From contig JAYZFK010000034.1 in assembly GCA_036336835.1 (NCBI GenBank), positions 18,432 through 82,431 of the forward strand: a stretch of DNA of 64,000 nucleotides, given 5' to 3'. The notes beneath the pieces were generated by a model, which was given only the letters and a program-made list of their open reading frames with translations, was not told the origin of the DNA and searched no databases. The stretch is from Myxococcota bacterium. GTDB taxonomy: Bacteria; Myxococcota_A; UBA9160; UBA4427. Each line of letters opens with the position of its first letter. Within the stretch, counting starts at the first letter, position 1. The translations under genes were made by a program, and so were the position numbers. Shown here one piece after another: positions 44,573 through 54,911 of the stretch.

Positions 44573-45540
44573 TCGCGCTCGTCACCGGCGGGGCCGGCTT
44601 CATCGGCTCCCACCTGACCGACCGCCTGCTCGACGAAGGCCACGAGGTCTGGGCACTCGACGACCTCTCGACCGGTGCAATGAGCAATATCGACCACTTG
44701 TCCGGGAACTCTCGATTTCACTTTCAACTTGGATCGGTCGCGGACCAGGCGATCGTGGGCGAGCTGACGGATCGAGCCGACGTCGTGTTCCACCTGGCGG
44801 CCGCAGTCGGCGTGAAGCTCATCGTCAGCAATCCCGTCCGCACGATCGAGACCAACGTGCACGGTACCGAGGTCGTGCTGAAGGCGGCCGCCAAGAAGGC
44901 CAAGCTCGTCGTGCTGGCGTCGAGCTCCGAGGTGTACGGCAAGAGCACGCAGATCCCGTTCTCCGAAGGGGGAGACCTGCTGCTCGGTCCGACCACGCAC
45001 AGCCGCTGGGGCTACGCCTGCTCGAAAGCGATGGACGAGTACCTCGCCCTGGCCTACCGCCGCGAGTTCGATCTGCCCGTCATCATCACGCGCCTGTTCA
45101 ACACGGTGGGCCCCCGCCAGACCGGACGCTACGGAATGGTGCTGCCGACCTTCGTGCAACAGGGACTGAGCTCGGAGGACATCACCGTCTACGGGTCCGG
45201 GGACCAGCGGCGCTGCTTCGGCGACGTCTACGCGGTCGTCGAATCGCTGGTGCGGCTGGTCGGCTTCGCGGAAGCCCGCGGCGAGGTGTTCAACGTCGGC
45301 TGCGACCGCGAGCTGAGCATCCGCGAGCTGGCCGAGCTCGTCCGATCGATGACTGGCGGCTCGTCCCGGATCGTCACCGTCCCCTACGACGAGGCCTACG
45401 AGGAAGGCTTCGAGGACCTCGGACGGCGCGTGCCCGATGTCTCGAAGCTGCACGCCGCGATCGGCTTTCACCCGGACACGCCGATCGAGCGGATCGTCCA
45501 GAACGTGATCGACTTCGCGCGCCGCAGCGGTGAGGCTTGA
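44569..45540 (+). CDS. NAD-dependent sugar-nucleotide epimerase/dehydratase (SDR)
   Basis: 'VTGGAGFIGSH', catalytic 'YACSK' and 'NTVGPRQ'. 323 aa. ATGA overlap with the upstream gene. Confidence 0.9.
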   Translation: MIALVTGGAGFIGSHLTDRLLDEGHEVWALDDLSTGAMSNIDHLSGNSRFHFQLGSVADQAIVGELTDRADVVFHLAAAVGVKLIVSNPVRTIETNVHGTEVVLKAAAKKAKLVVLASSSEVYGKSTQIPFSEGGDLLLGPTTHSRWGYACSKAMDEYLALAYRREFDLPVIITRLFNTVGPRQTGRYGMVLPTFVQQGLSSEDITVYGSGDQRRCFGDVYAVVESLVRLVGFAEARGEVFNVGCDRELSIRELAELVRSMTGGSSRIVTVPYDEAYEEGFEDLGRRVPDVSKLHAAIGFHPDTPIERIVQNVIDFARRSGEA

Positions 45541-46336
45541 ACGCGCCGTGTGGGTGCTCACCTATCACTCGATCTCGCAGGGCCCGCGGCCACTGTGCAT
45601 CGCTCGCGACCGCTTCGCAGCCCAGCTCGACGGGCTGCTCGACGCGGGCTGGCAGCCGGTGCCGGTGGGCGAGATCTTCTCCCGGGCCGCTCCCGACCGC
45701 CCCGCCCGCCCGCGCTTTGCCGTGAGCTTCGACGACGGCTACCGGGACTTTGCGCACACTGCGTTTCCCGTGCTCGAGCAGCGGGGCATTCCGGCGACCC
45801 TGTTCGTGCCCGCGGCCGTCGAGCGCACGCAGCTCCCGGGCGGGCTCGAGGGCCGCGCGCTGCTCGATCCGAGCGAGCTGCGAGATCTGGCCGCGCGAGG
45901 GGTCGAGATCGGAGCGCACGGGATCGACCACCAGGATCTCACTCGCCTCGACGACGGAGCGCTCGCCCGCGAGCTCCGTGTGGGCCGCGAACGACTCTGC
46001 GAGTGGATCGGCCGCCCGGTGCGCTATCTCGCTTATCCGTTCGGGGCCTTCGACGCTCGCGTCCTCGCGACCGCCGGCAGCGCCTATGCGGGCGCCTTCA
46101 CGACGCAGCTCGGCGCGGTGCCGCCCGTACCTCACCCCCACGCCGTCCCGCGTATCGACGCCTACTACCTCGACGATCCGAGGCTGGTGCGCGCGGCTCG
46201 GCGCGGGAACGCCGCTCGATACCTGATGGCCCGCCGCTGGCTCCGACGACTTCGCGGCAGCGAGCCGCGCCGCCCGATCCCGACAGCACCGGCCGCGCAT
46301 CGGCGGGCTGTCGGCAGAGCGCCCGCATGGCGCTGA
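45530..46336 (+). CDS. Polysaccharide deacetylase (CE4/NodB-like)
   Basis: '[11 protein letters not shown]', 'GAHGIDH' and 'LAYPFG'. GTG 45530 overlaps the upstream gene by 11 nt. Confidence 0.8.
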   Translation: MRLERAVWVLTYHSISQGPRPLCIARDRFAAQLDGLLDAGWQPVPVGEIFSRAAPDRPARPRFAVSFDDGYRDFAHTAFPVLEQRGIPATLFVPAAVERTQLPGGLEGRALLDPSELRDLAARGVEIGAHGIDHQDLTRLDDGALARELRVGRERLCEWIGRPVRYLAYPFGAFDARVLATAGSAYAGAFTTQLGAVPPVPHPHAVPRIDAYYLDDPRLVRAARRGNAARYLMARRWLRRLRGSEPRRPIPTAPAAHRRAVGRAPAWR

Positions 46337-47487
46337 ATCTGGCACAGCGCGCCGCGCGCCACGCGCGCTTGTCGGCCCGCGCAGCCGGCCTGACCGATGT
46401 CGGCACGCCGCCGTTCCTGATCTTCTTCATCAACTCGATCTGCAACTTGAAGTGCGAGCACTGCTTCGTCTGGGACCGGCTCAATCAACGCGACGATCTG
46501 AGCTTCGACGAGATCGTGGCGCTGTCCGAAGACCTGGGACCGGTCGAGAACCTCAACCTCTCCGGCGGCGAGCCCTTCATGCGCGAGGACTTTGCGCAGG
46601 TGTGCGAGCAGTTCATCACGTGCAACGGCGTCAAGCAGATCTACGTGCCGACCAACGGCTACTACACCGAGAGCACGGTCGCGGCCGTCGAGGCAGTGCT
46701 CGCAAACCCGACGCTCGACCTGTTGGTGCTCGAGTTCTCGCTCGACGGCATGCCCGAGTTCCACGACCGATTCCGCGGGAATCCCCGCTCGTTCGCGAAG
46801 GCGATGGAGACGATCGACGCCGTCTCGACGCTGCAACGGCGCGACCCCCGCCTGCGCATCCATTCGATCGCCACCGCGACCGCGGACAATCTGGAGGAAA
46901 TCCGCCAGCTCACGACATACCTGTTCGAACGACACCCGGCCATGGACCACCAGAACATCGCCATCATCCGGGGGGACCGGAAGAACCCCTCGCTCCAGGG
47001 CCCCGCGCTCGACGCATACCTGGATCTCGACCGCTATGCGAAGCGGCTGTGGGCCGGTCGAGAGCAGGCTCGCTTCGGCGCGGTCGTCGACCCGATGCTC
47101 ACCTGGGCCAAGGTGCGCACCGCGCGGGAGCGACGCCAGGTGATTCCGTGCAAGGCGGGCATCCTGTCGGCCGTCGTCTACGCCAATGGCGACGTGGGCG
47201 TGTGCGAGACGCTGGCCAGCCACCCGGTCCTCGGCAACCTGCGCGAGCGCAGCTTCCGCGAGATCTGGTACTCGCCCGAGGCGGTGGAGGCACGCCGCAA
47301 GATCGCGTGCAAGGAGTGCCACTGCACGAACGAGGTCTTCCTGTGGCCGAGTGTCGTCTTCCAGCCGTTCCAGCTGGCGCGTGCGCTGGCGGGAGCCCGC
47401 ACCTGGCAGACCCTGGAGCCGCTGCGAGAAGACGAGCGCGCCGCCGTCGCGATCGGCGAGGATGGACTGCCCGAGCCGCCCACGTGA
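46327..47487 (+). CDS. Radical SAM enzyme with a partial SPASM/twitch-like C-terminal Cys domain
   Basis: ATG 46327. '[14 protein letters not shown]' (CX3CX2C) and 'LSGGEPF'. C-terminal '[19 protein letters not shown]' (CX12GX4C), then 'CKECHC'. Confidence 0.85.
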   Translation: MALNLAQRAARHARLSARAAGLTDVGTPPFLIFFINSICNLKCEHCFVWDRLNQRDDLSFDEIVALSEDLGPVENLNLSGGEPFMREDFAQVCEQFITCNGVKQIYVPTNGYYTESTVAAVEAVLANPTLDLLVLEFSLDGMPEFHDRFRGNPRSFAKAMETIDAVSTLQRRDPRLRIHSIATATADNLEEIRQLTTYLFERHPAMDHQNIAIIRGDRKNPSLQGPALDAYLDLDRYAKRLWAGREQARFGAVVDPMLTWAKVRTARERRQVIPCKAGILSAVVYANGDVGVCETLASHPVLGNLRERSFREIWYSPEAVEARRKIACKECHCTNEVFLWPSVVFQPFQLARALAGARTWQTLEPLREDERAAVAIGEDGLPEPPT

Positions 47488-48923
47488 GCCCTTCCTTCCG
47501 CGTCGAACGGATCGTCCGCAGCTACGCCTGGATCGCCGGCGCCGAGATCCTCTCCAAGGGGATGGGCTTCGTCGCCTTCGCGGTGCTCGCGCGCGTCCTC
47601 GCCCCGCCGGCCTACGGCGTGCTGGAACTCGCAGTCGCCGTGTCGATGGTCGCTTTGCTGTTCGTCGATTTCGGACTGGGCCCGACTGCTGCGCGCACGA
47701 TGACGACCGATCCCGAACGCGCAGACTCGATGACTGGAAGCGTCCCAGCGATTCGTCTCGGCCTCGCACTAGTGTCCCTGCTGCTCGCGATCGGACTCGG
47801 ACCCCTGCTCGCAACGACGCCGGATGGGCGCACGCTGATCGTGCTCTACACGGCGGCTCTGCTGTTTGCGCCCTGGATCCTGGACTGGGTGTTCCAGGGC
47901 CTCGATCGCACGGCCTGGGTGGCGCCAGCACAGCTGCTGCGAATGAGCGTGTTCCTCGCTGGCGTCGTGCTCTGGATCGACGGTCCGCAACAGCTGGTGC
48001 GCGTCGGCGCAATCGAGATCGCGAGCTTCGCGACACTCGCTATCTACTATGTGCTGGCCTCGCGATCCCATGGACAGCGGCCGGCGCTGCGGCCCGACGC
48101 CGCGAGCGTCCGCGAGCTGATACGAGAATCGGCGCCGGTCGGCGCGGGCCAGCTGCTGTGGGTGCTCAATCAGTACCTCCCGACCTTCGTCGTCGCCGGC
48201 TGGCTCGCCGGCCCGGAGCTCGCCTATTACGGGGCCGCGCACCGGATCGTGTTCGGGCTGGGCAGCTTCGTCTTCCTCTACTTCTTCACGCTCTACCCCG
48301 CGCTGGTCCGCGCGACCCACGAACGACGCGACGAGTTCGTTCCGCTGGTCACGCTGTCGATGCGCGCGACGGCGTGGCTCGGCGGACTGGGCGCGATCGC
48401 GGGGACGCTGCTGGCCGCGCCGGTCAGCGCACTCGCGTTCGGCGCCGAGTTCGGGCCTACCGGCCCGCTGCTGGCGGTACTGGTCTGGGCACTGCCGATC
48501 CACCTGATCTCCGGGCACGCGCGTTTCGCGCTGATCGCCGCCGGAGAGGCCCGAGCCCAGATGCAGGCGCAGGCCTTCGGCGTCGCCGTCACCGCCGTCG
48601 GATGTGCAACGCTGGTCCCCCGGCTCGGTGCACTGGGCGCTGCCATCGCATTGCTCGCCGCCGCAACGGGGGTCTGGGCCTGGGCCCACATCGCGACCCG
48701 CCGCCGGGTGGGACCGCTCCCCGGGCTCGCGCCCCTCGGGCGACCCGCCGCCGCCGTCGCCGTCAGCCTGCTCGCCGCGACCAGCCTGCCAACCGAGTCG
48801 ACCTGGCTGCGCGCAGCCGTCGGCACCGGATCGTTCGCGGCGGTCGGGCTGTGGAGCGAACGGCACGCGCTCACGGCGCTCGCGGCGTTGCTTCGCGGTG
48901 AGCCGCGCGAGCAGGCGCCGTGA
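47484..48923 (+). CDS. Wzx-like polysaccharide flippase (MOP superfamily)
   Basis: GTG 47484 in a GTGA overlap. 479 aa and about 12-14 TM helices. N-terminus '[29 protein letters not shown]' is typical of polysaccharide-biosynthesis (Wzx) proteins. Confidence 0.75.
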   Translation: MSPSFRVERIVRSYAWIAGAEILSKGMGFVAFAVLARVLAPPAYGVLELAVAVSMVALLFVDFGLGPTAARTMTTDPERADSMTGSVPAIRLGLALVSLLLAIGLGPLLATTPDGRTLIVLYTAALLFAPWILDWVFQGLDRTAWVAPAQLLRMSVFLAGVVLWIDGPQQLVRVGAIEIASFATLAIYYVLASRSHGQRPALRPDAASVRELIRESAPVGAGQLLWVLNQYLPTFVVAGWLAGPELAYYGAAHRIVFGLGSFVFLYFFTLYPALVRATHERRDEFVPLVTLSMRATAWLGGLGAIAGTLLAAPVSALAFGAEFGPTGPLLAVLVWALPIHLISGHARFALIAAGEARAQMQAQAFGVAVTAVGCATLVPRLGALGAAIALLAAATGVWAWAHIATRRRVGPLPGLAPLGRPAAAVAVSLLAATSLPTESTWLRAAVGTGSFAAVGLWSERHALTALAALLRGEPREQAP

Positions 48924-50434
48924 GATCGCGCGCACCGCGCCTCGGAACGGGCGCGCGCCTGCTGCTGACGGGGTGGGTCGTCTACACCCTGCACTTCGCG
49001 ACCGATATCGCGCGCGAGCACTATCCCGCGTTCTCGCTCGCTGAACGCGCGACGTTGCGCGTCGACCCGTACCTCGGACTTCACCCCGACCTGTTCGCGG
49101 TCCCCGGACGCGGCGCTTTCATCAACAACAACCCGGGGGCCTCGCTGCTCGGTGCGCTGCCCTACGCGGTAGCGCGGCCACTGGTCGATGTAGTGGCGGC
49201 ACGAGCCATTGCAGACCGCTCCGACGGACCGCCGCCCGAATTCGCCGACCCGAGGCCGGATCGGCGCGAGTTCTTCGCCAGAGCCTACGCCCGGGGCCTC
49301 GACATCCGATTCGGACTCGCGGCCGGCGTGATCCAGGCCTTCGGCACCGCGCCGCTGTCCGCGGCGATGCTCCTCGTCATGTACGCAGTGCTGTGCCGCT
49401 TCGGCTTCAGCGCGCGCGAGTCCATGTGGCTGGCTCTGATATACGGCTTCGCCACGCCGATCTTCTTTCGCGCGGCCTTCCTGAACCACAACCTGTTCGT
49501 GGCGCACGCGACGCTCGGCGGATTCGCCCTGTTGCAGCGTGCCGATGGCATCGCGCGCGACCCGCGTCGTCTTGCCGCGGCCGGCGCGGTGACCGGCACC
49601 GGCCTGCTGTGCGACTACGCCGGCGCCGTACCGCTCGTCGCGCTGGGCATCTATGCGCTCGCCCGGCTGTGGAAGGCGCTGCCGGCTGGCCAGGCGATCT
49701 CGCGCTTCGGGGCAATGGTCGCCGGCGCGTGCGTCCCCGTCGGTGCTCTGCTCGCCTATCAAGCCTGGGCCTTCGGTCACCCGCTGCTCCCGGCGCAGCA
49801 CTACATGCCGGCTACGCAGTACTCGGGTCAGGGCTGGAACGGGTTCGCCTGGCCCGCGCTGGACCTGCTGGCGCAGAACCTGCTCGACCCTCGCTTCGGG
49901 CTGCTCGCCTTCGGCCCGCTGCTCGGACTCGCCTTTGCGCAGCCGCTGCTCGGGAACCGCGACCGCTCGCGAATCCGCCCGCCCGAGCGCGCACTCGCGC
50001 TCGGGCTGTTCTTCGCGCTGCTCGTGTTCGCGAGCGCGAATCAGTACGCCCGGCTGCAGTGGAACACGGGTTTCCGCATGCTGGCGCCGGCCGTACCGCT
50101 GCTCTTTGTGCTGTGTGCAGACGTGCTCACGCAGCTGCCGCGCCGGATCGCGATCGCCCTGGTCGGCCTTGCAGCCGCGCATTCGTGGTGTCTGGCGATG
50201 GTGCGCGCCGACGCGATCGCATCGATCGCGACCGTGCTGACGAGCGGACCGCGACTGCCCTGGCTCACCTCGGTCTGGCGCGCGGGCGGCAGCTACCTGC
50301 CGCTCGCGCCCGGACAGCTGTCCCCGAGCCTGCTCGCCGCACCCTTCCTCGCGCTCGGGGCCGCGCTGCTGGTCTGGATCTGGACTCGCGGATGGCCCGA
50401 GGGGCAACGACGAATCGAACGGGCGCAGGGATGA
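48920..50434 (+). CDS. Polytopic membrane protein (possible Wzy-like polymerase or GT-C enzyme)
   Basis: 504-aa ORF with a GTGA overlap to the upstream gene. More than 10 hydrophobic helices with a large early loop. No signature motif recognised. Confidence 0.6.
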   Translation: MRSRAPRLGTGARLLLTGWVVYTLHFATDIAREHYPAFSLAERATLRVDPYLGLHPDLFAVPGRGAFINNNPGASLLGALPYAVARPLVDVVAARAIADRSDGPPPEFADPRPDRREFFARAYARGLDIRFGLAAGVIQAFGTAPLSAAMLLVMYAVLCRFGFSARESMWLALIYGFATPIFFRAAFLNHNLFVAHATLGGFALLQRADGIARDPRRLAAAGAVTGTGLLCDYAGAVPLVALGIYALARLWKALPAGQAISRFGAMVAGACVPVGALLAYQAWAFGHPLLPAQHYMPATQYSGQGWNGFAWPALDLLAQNLLDPRFGLLAFGPLLGLAFAQPLLGNRDRSRIRPPERALALGLFFALLVFASANQYARLQWNTGFRMLAPAVPLLFVLCADVLTQLPRRIAIALVGLAAAHSWCLAMVRADAIASIATVLTSGPRLPWLTSVWRAGGSYLPLAPGQLSPSLLAAPFLALGAALLVWIWTRGWPEGQRRIERAQG

Positions 50435-50465
50435 GCTGCGATCTAGCGCCGCAGCGGGCAACACG

Positions 50466-51389
50466 ATGAACCATAATGCGGGCCGAGACCACGGGAGAGC
50501 CATGCCGAGTGGAGCCGCGACCCGGGAAGGCGTCTGTATCGTCGTCCCGGCCTACGATGAAGAAGAGGCGATCGAGGCCTGCCTGCGCGAGCTGCGCGCA
50601 GTGATGGGTGAGCTCGATCGCGAGTCCGAGCTGATCGTCATCAACGATGGCTCGACCGACCGCACGGCGGAACTCGCGCGAGCGGCCGGGGTGCGGGTGA
50701 TCGATCTGCCCGAGAACCGCGGCTACGGCGCCGCGCTCAAGACGGGGATCGAAGCCGCCCGGTTCGAGACCATCGTCATCACCGACGCCGACGGCACCTA
50801 TCCGGCCAAGGAGATCCCGGCCCTGCTCGAACGGGCCGAGCAGTACGACATGGTGGTCGGAGCGCGAACGGGCGCGAACGTGGCGATTCCGTTCGCGCGG
50901 CGGCCGGCCAAGTGGTTCCTGACGAAGCTCGCGAGCTACCTCGCCGGCAGGCCGATTCCCGACCTCAACTCGGGGATGCGCGTACTGAAGCGCCGGCACG
51001 TACAGCGTTTCGAGCACGTGCTGCCCTCCGGCTTCTCGTTCACCGCGTCGATCACGCTCGCGTCACTGTGCAGCGACCTGCTCGTCGCCTATCACCCGAT
51101 CGACTACCTGGAGCGCACCGGGCAGAGCAAGATCCGGGCGGCGCATGCGCTCGAGTTCACGATCCTGGTCCTGCGTACGATCGTCTACTTCAACCCGCTG
51201 AAGGTCTTCCTTCCGCTCGGGGCCGTGTTCTTCGCCGGCGGCACGGCAAAGTTCATCTACGACCTGTTCATCGGGAATCTGTCGGAGACCGCCGTGCTCG
51301 GCTTCCTCGGCGGGACGCTGCTCTGGGCGGTCGGCCTGCTATCGGACCAGATCGCGCGCGCCGGCCTCGGTGGGGGACGCCGGAGTTGA
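50466..51389 (+). CDS. GT2 polyprenol-phosphate glycosyltransferase (DPM1/ArnC/GtrB-like)
   Basis: 'CIVVPAYDEEEAI', 'VINDGSTDRT', 'ITDADGTYP' and two C-terminal TM helices. ATG 50502 is an alternative start. Confidence 0.85.
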   Translation: MNHNAGRDHGRAMPSGAATREGVCIVVPAYDEEEAIEACLRELRAVMGELDRESELIVINDGSTDRTAELARAAGVRVIDLPENRGYGAALKTGIEAARFETIVITDADGTYPAKEIPALLERAEQYDMVVGARTGANVAIPFARRPAKWFLTKLASYLAGRPIPDLNSGMRVLKRRHVQRFEHVLPSGFSFTASITLASLCSDLLVAYHPIDYLERTGQSKIRAAHALEFTILVLRTIVYFNPLKVFLPLGAVFFAGGTAKFIYDLFIGNLSETAVLGFLGGTLLWAVGLLSDQIARAGLGGGRRS

Positions 51390-52381
51390 CCCCGGCCTCC
51401 CCGCTTCGCCAGGCGCTCGCCCGGCCGAAGCCCTGGCGAGCGTTCGCACTGCGCAGCGCCATGACCCTCGGCGCGCTCGCGGTCGTGGTCGCGATTGCGT
51501 CGCCGAGCGCCCTGCTCGACGCGCTCGGACGCGCCCCCCTCACCGTGTGGCTCGCCACCGCGGGCGGCCTGGCAGCAGGACACGCCGTCGCAGCGATGAA
51601 ATGGCGGCAGCTGCTGGGCGCCGTGGGCGCGCACTGCACACCGCTGCAGGCGCTGCGAGCGCATGGCGCCGGATTGTTCGCGAACCTGCTGCTGCCCTCG
51701 CTCGTCGGGGGCGACATCGTCCGCGCCGCCGCGCTCACGCGCGGCGGTCACGCAGCCGCCGTGGCGACTGGCAGCATCGCCGACCGTCTGATCGATACGC
51801 TGGCCCTCGCGCTGCTGGCAGCGCTGGGCGCGATCGTCATCCAGCCGGTTCGGACCTGGCACTGGCTGGCGATCGCAGGGGTCGCGGCGAGCGTCCTGGT
51901 GGGACCGGCGATCGCCTTGCGTCTGCTGCGCGGTGCACCCCTCGCTCGGCTGCCACCGCGACTGGCCGAGCTGGCGATACGCCTGCGCGACGCGGCGCTG
52001 CGACTGGCCGAAGCACCCGGCACCGCGGCCGCGGCGCTCGGCCTCTCGCTCGCCGTCCAGCTCGCGTTCGTGTGGCTGAACGCGCGGCTGGGCAGCGCGC
52101 TCGGCATTCAGGCTTCGTTCGGCGTGTGGCTGCTGTGCTGGCCGCTCGCAAAACTCGTCGCGCTGCTCCCGATCAGCCTGGGCGGTCTGGGCGTGCGCGA
52201 GGCAGCGCTGGCTGGGCTGCTCGGCGGCTTCGGCGTCCCGGCGGCGCTGGCCGTCGGACAATCGCTGCTCTGGCAGGTGGCGCTGATCGCGGTCGGAAGT
52301 CTCGCGGGTGCGCTCGCGCTCGTCACCGCCACGGGCGATCGTACTGCCGCCTCGCCTGGCAACGGAGACACGACGCATTGA
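51386..52381 (+). CDS. Flippase-like (lysyl-PG synthase TM region / UPF0104) membrane protein
   Basis: TTG 51386 in a TTGA overlap. 'AMKWRQLLGAVG...FANLLLPSLVGGDIVRAA' matches the family hallmark. About 8 TM helices. Confidence 0.75.
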   Translation: MTPASPLRQALARPKPWRAFALRSAMTLGALAVVVAIASPSALLDALGRAPLTVWLATAGGLAAGHAVAAMKWRQLLGAVGAHCTPLQALRAHGAGLFANLLLPSLVGGDIVRAAALTRGGHAAAVATGSIADRLIDTLALALLAALGAIVIQPVRTWHWLAIAGVAASVLVGPAIALRLLRGAPLARLPPRLAELAIRLRDAALRLAEAPGTAAAALGLSLAVQLAFVWLNARLGSALGIQASFGVWLLCWPLAKLVALLPISLGGLGVREAALAGLLGGFGVPAALAVGQSLLWQVALIAVGSLAGALALVTATGDRTAASPGNGDTTH

Positions 52382-53781
52382 GTCGACGGGTCGCCATCCT
52401 CGGGGCGGGCCCCGCCGGACTCGCAGCAGCGCTGGGACTCGCGCGGCGCGGTTTCTCGGTCGATCTGGTCGAGAGTGGGACCCGTGTCGGCGGCAACGCG
52501 GGAAGCTTCGAGCTCGCAGGGCTGCGCGTCGACTATGGCAGCCATCGACTGCACCCCGCCACCGACCCGGCGATCTTCGCCGAGATCCGCGAGCTGCTCG
52601 GAGACGATCTACTCGAGCGACCGCGGCACGGCCGCATCCATCTGCTCGGCCGTTTCCTCCACTTCCCGCTGCGACCGCTCGATCTGTTGCTACGCACGCC
52701 GCCCCGCTTCGCGTTCGGCGTAGCGAGCGACCTCGCGCGCAAGTGGGCGGCGCCCGCGGCCACGACGAGCGAGACTTTCGCGGGCGTGCTCGAACGCGGG
52801 CTCGGGCGAACCATCTGCCGCGACTTCTACTTCCCCTATGCCCGCAAGATCTGGGGACTCGAGCCCGACCAGATCTCGGCGACCCAGGCCCACAAACGCG
52901 TCGCCGCCGGCTCGATCGCAAAGCTCTTGCGGCGCCTGCTGCCGGGAGCCGGTCCAGGCGCCGCGACCGCAAAGGGCACCTTCTTCTATCCACGGGCGGG
53001 CTACGGACAGATCTCCGAAGCCTACGAGCGCGCCGCGCGCGAGGCCGGCGCGCGACTCCAGCTCGACAGCCGCGCGGTCCGCGTGGAGCGGCGAGCTGCT
53101 GGTGACTTTCGGATCGAGACCTCGTCCGCTTCGCTCGAGGCCGACCGGGTCTGGTCGACGATCCCGAATGCCGTGCTCGTGCGCATCCTCGATCCCGCCG
53201 CGCCCGCCGAAGTCATCGCCGCTGCGAACGCGCTCGAGCTGCGGGCGATGCTGCTGGTCTATCTCGTGCTCGAGACCAGTCGCTTCAGTCAGTACGACGC
53301 CCACTACTTCCCGGCAGCCGAACTCCCGTTCACACGGGTGTCCGAGCCCAAGAACTACGCCGCGGCAAACCAGCCGAGCGGGCGAACCGTGCTGTGCGCC
53401 GAGATTCCTTGCGCAACCACCGATCCCGTCTGGACACTCGACGACGCTGCGCTCGGCGAGCTGGTGAGCGAGGGCCTGGCGAGGGCAGGCCTGCCTGTCC
53501 GAGCGCCGATCGCAGAGGTCGCGACCCGCCGTCTGCCCGCCGCCTATCCGGTCTATCGCAGCGGGTACGAACGGGCGCTCGGCGCGGTCGACGACCACAT
53601 CACATCGCGCGAAGGCATTTTGAGCTTCGGGCGCCAGGGCCTGTTCGCGCACGACAACACCCACCACGCCCTGGCGATGGCGCGGGCCGCGGTCGAATGC
53701 CTGCGAGACGACGGGAGCTTCGACGCGAGCCGCTGGCGCGAGCACCGCGCCGTCTTCGAGACACACGTGGTCGAGGACTGA
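52378..53781 (+). CDS. FAD-dependent oxidoreductase, UDP-galactopyranose-mutase-like (copy 1)
   Basis: TTG 52378 in a TTGA overlap. 'VAILGAGPAGLAAALGLARRG', 'FYFPYARKIWGLE', 'FFYPRAGYGQISEAY' and 'GRQGLFAHDNTHHAL'. Paralog of 55302-56768. Confidence 0.8.
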   Translation: MSRRVAILGAGPAGLAAALGLARRGFSVDLVESGTRVGGNAGSFELAGLRVDYGSHRLHPATDPAIFAEIRELLGDDLLERPRHGRIHLLGRFLHFPLRPLDLLLRTPPRFAFGVASDLARKWAAPAATTSETFAGVLERGLGRTICRDFYFPYARKIWGLEPDQISATQAHKRVAAGSIAKLLRRLLPGAGPGAATAKGTFFYPRAGYGQISEAYERAAREAGARLQLDSRAVRVERRAAGDFRIETSSASLEADRVWSTIPNAVLVRILDPAAPAEVIAAANALELRAMLLVYLVLETSRFSQYDAHYFPAAELPFTRVSEPKNYAAANQPSGRTVLCAEIPCATTDPVWTLDDAALGELVSEGLARAGLPVRAPIAEVATRRLPAAYPVYRSGYERALGAVDDHITSREGILSFGRQGLFAHDNTHHALAMARAAVECLRDDGSFDASRWREHRAVFETHVVED

Positions 53782-53870
53782 CTCCTCACGAAGCTCGGGG
53801 CACCGCGCTAGACTGCGCCGCCCTCACTGCCCGGCGTGCGGCCCTGCACTCGCGCCACGGAGGACACCCG

Positions 53871-54170
53871 ATGCCCGCCTACCTGATCGTCAACTACACG
53901 GTCGACGACCCCGAGCTGTACAACGAGTATTCCGCGGCCGCCGGCCCCGCGATGAAGATCGGCGAGGCCTGTGAGTTGCTCGCCTTCGATCCCGCGAGCG
54001 ACCGGCTCGAGGGCGATACGGTGGGGCATCAGACGATCGTCTTGCAGTTCGAATCGAAGGAGCAGGCCAGGCAGGTCTACGAATCGGGTGCGTATCAGGC
54101 CGTGGTCGGCAAGCGTCTCGAGGCCACGTCGAACCATTTCGCGGTCCTGGCCAACGGCATCCCCGGCTAG
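53871..54170 (+). CDS. DUF1330 domain protein
   Basis: ATG 53871 with GGAGGA upstream. 99 aa. 'MPAYLIVNYTVDDPELYNEY...AYQAV' fits the DUF1330 dimeric alpha-beta-barrel family. Confidence 0.8.
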   Translation: MPAYLIVNYTVDDPELYNEYSAAAGPAMKIGEACELLAFDPASDRLEGDTVGHQTIVLQFESKEQARQVYESGAYQAVVGKRLEATSNHFAVLANGIPG

Positions 54171-54210
54171 CAGACTGCCCCTGGACTCCGCGCGCCTCGC
54201 GGCCCGAGCT

Positions 54211-54256
54211 TCTCGAGGGAGTCTCGAGTCGGGCTCCCGACTCTCGGGAACGAGAG
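54211..54256. terminator. GC-rich hairpin between convergent genes
   Basis: Core stem GAGTCGGG/CCCGACTC (54226-54243), flanked by partially complementary TTCTCG...CGAGAG. It sits between the DUF1330 stop and the stop of the minus-strand operon. No clear U-tract. Confidence 0.3.
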
Positions 54257-54257
54257 T

Positions 54258-54911
54258 TCAGCGTCGCGCCGCTGACTCGCGCAGCCGAGCGACCCGACCG
54301 TAGATCACGGCCACTCCGAACGCCGCGATGAAGCCGTAGCCGAATAGCGAGATCGCCCCGACGAGCGCGCCGAGCGGATCGGTCGCATAGCCTGGCAGGT
54401 AGTGCGCCAGCAGGGCGAGGTGCGGACTCGGATGGCCGCCGTAGCGCCACCACAGCCAGATCGTCGCCAGCACGAGTGCGATCGCAAACAGCGAAGCGCT
54501 GACTGCAGCAAAGGGCAGCGGGCGCAGCGAGACGACGCGGTGGACCTCGCCCAGCTCGCCGCTCGCGCGTCGCTCGAGCATGCGAGCCGCACCGGTCAGG
54601 AACCACGGCCCGTACGCCCGACCGATACAGAAGCCGATCGCGTAGCCGCTGCAGGCGGCCCACAGGGCCCCGACGACCGCGCCCCAGAACGAAACTGCAT
54701 AGCCCGGGAAGAAGTGGGCCAGCAGGCCGAGCATCTGCCCCGTCATCGGACCGCCCTGCCAGTGCAGTACCAGGGTGGCCAGGAACAGCCCCGAGCCCGC
54801 GAGCAGCGCCAGCACGCCGCCCAACACGTGCGCGTTCAGCCGAACCAGCGCAGCGGCCACCGCGTCGGCCCCGCGCGACGCCTTCGACGGATCCGACGGC
54901 GAAGCACCCAT
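54258..54911 (-). CDS. Membrane protein with two copies of a 2-TM 'LLAH(F/Y)xPGY' module
   Basis: ATG 54911 shares one nucleotide with the upstream stop (TGATG). Repeats 'MLGLLAHFFPGYAVSFWGAVVGAL' and 'HLALLAHYLPGYATDPLGALVGAI'. Confidence 0.6.
   Translation of the reverse strand: MGASPSDPSKASRGADAVAAALVRLNAHVLGGVLALLAGSGLFLATLVLHWQGGPMTGQMLGLLAHFFPGYAVSFWGAVVGALWAACSGYAIGFCIGRAYGPWFLTGAARMLERRASGELGEVHRVVSLRPLPFAAVSASLFAIALVLATIWLWWRYGGHPSPHLALLAHYLPGYATDPLGALVGAISLFGYGFIAAFGVAVIYGRVARLRESAARR

Noticed and set aside
46327-47487. Annotating the radical SAM gene as an anaerobic sulfatase-maturating enzyme because three sulfatase-family genes are nearby.
   Set aside because: The C-terminal domain has only CX12GX4C plus CX2CXC. 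It lacks the full CX2CX5CX3C SPASM signature expected for anSME. The operon context (deacetylase, epimerase, flippase) fits sugar modification better. The idea is kept only as a low-probability alternative.
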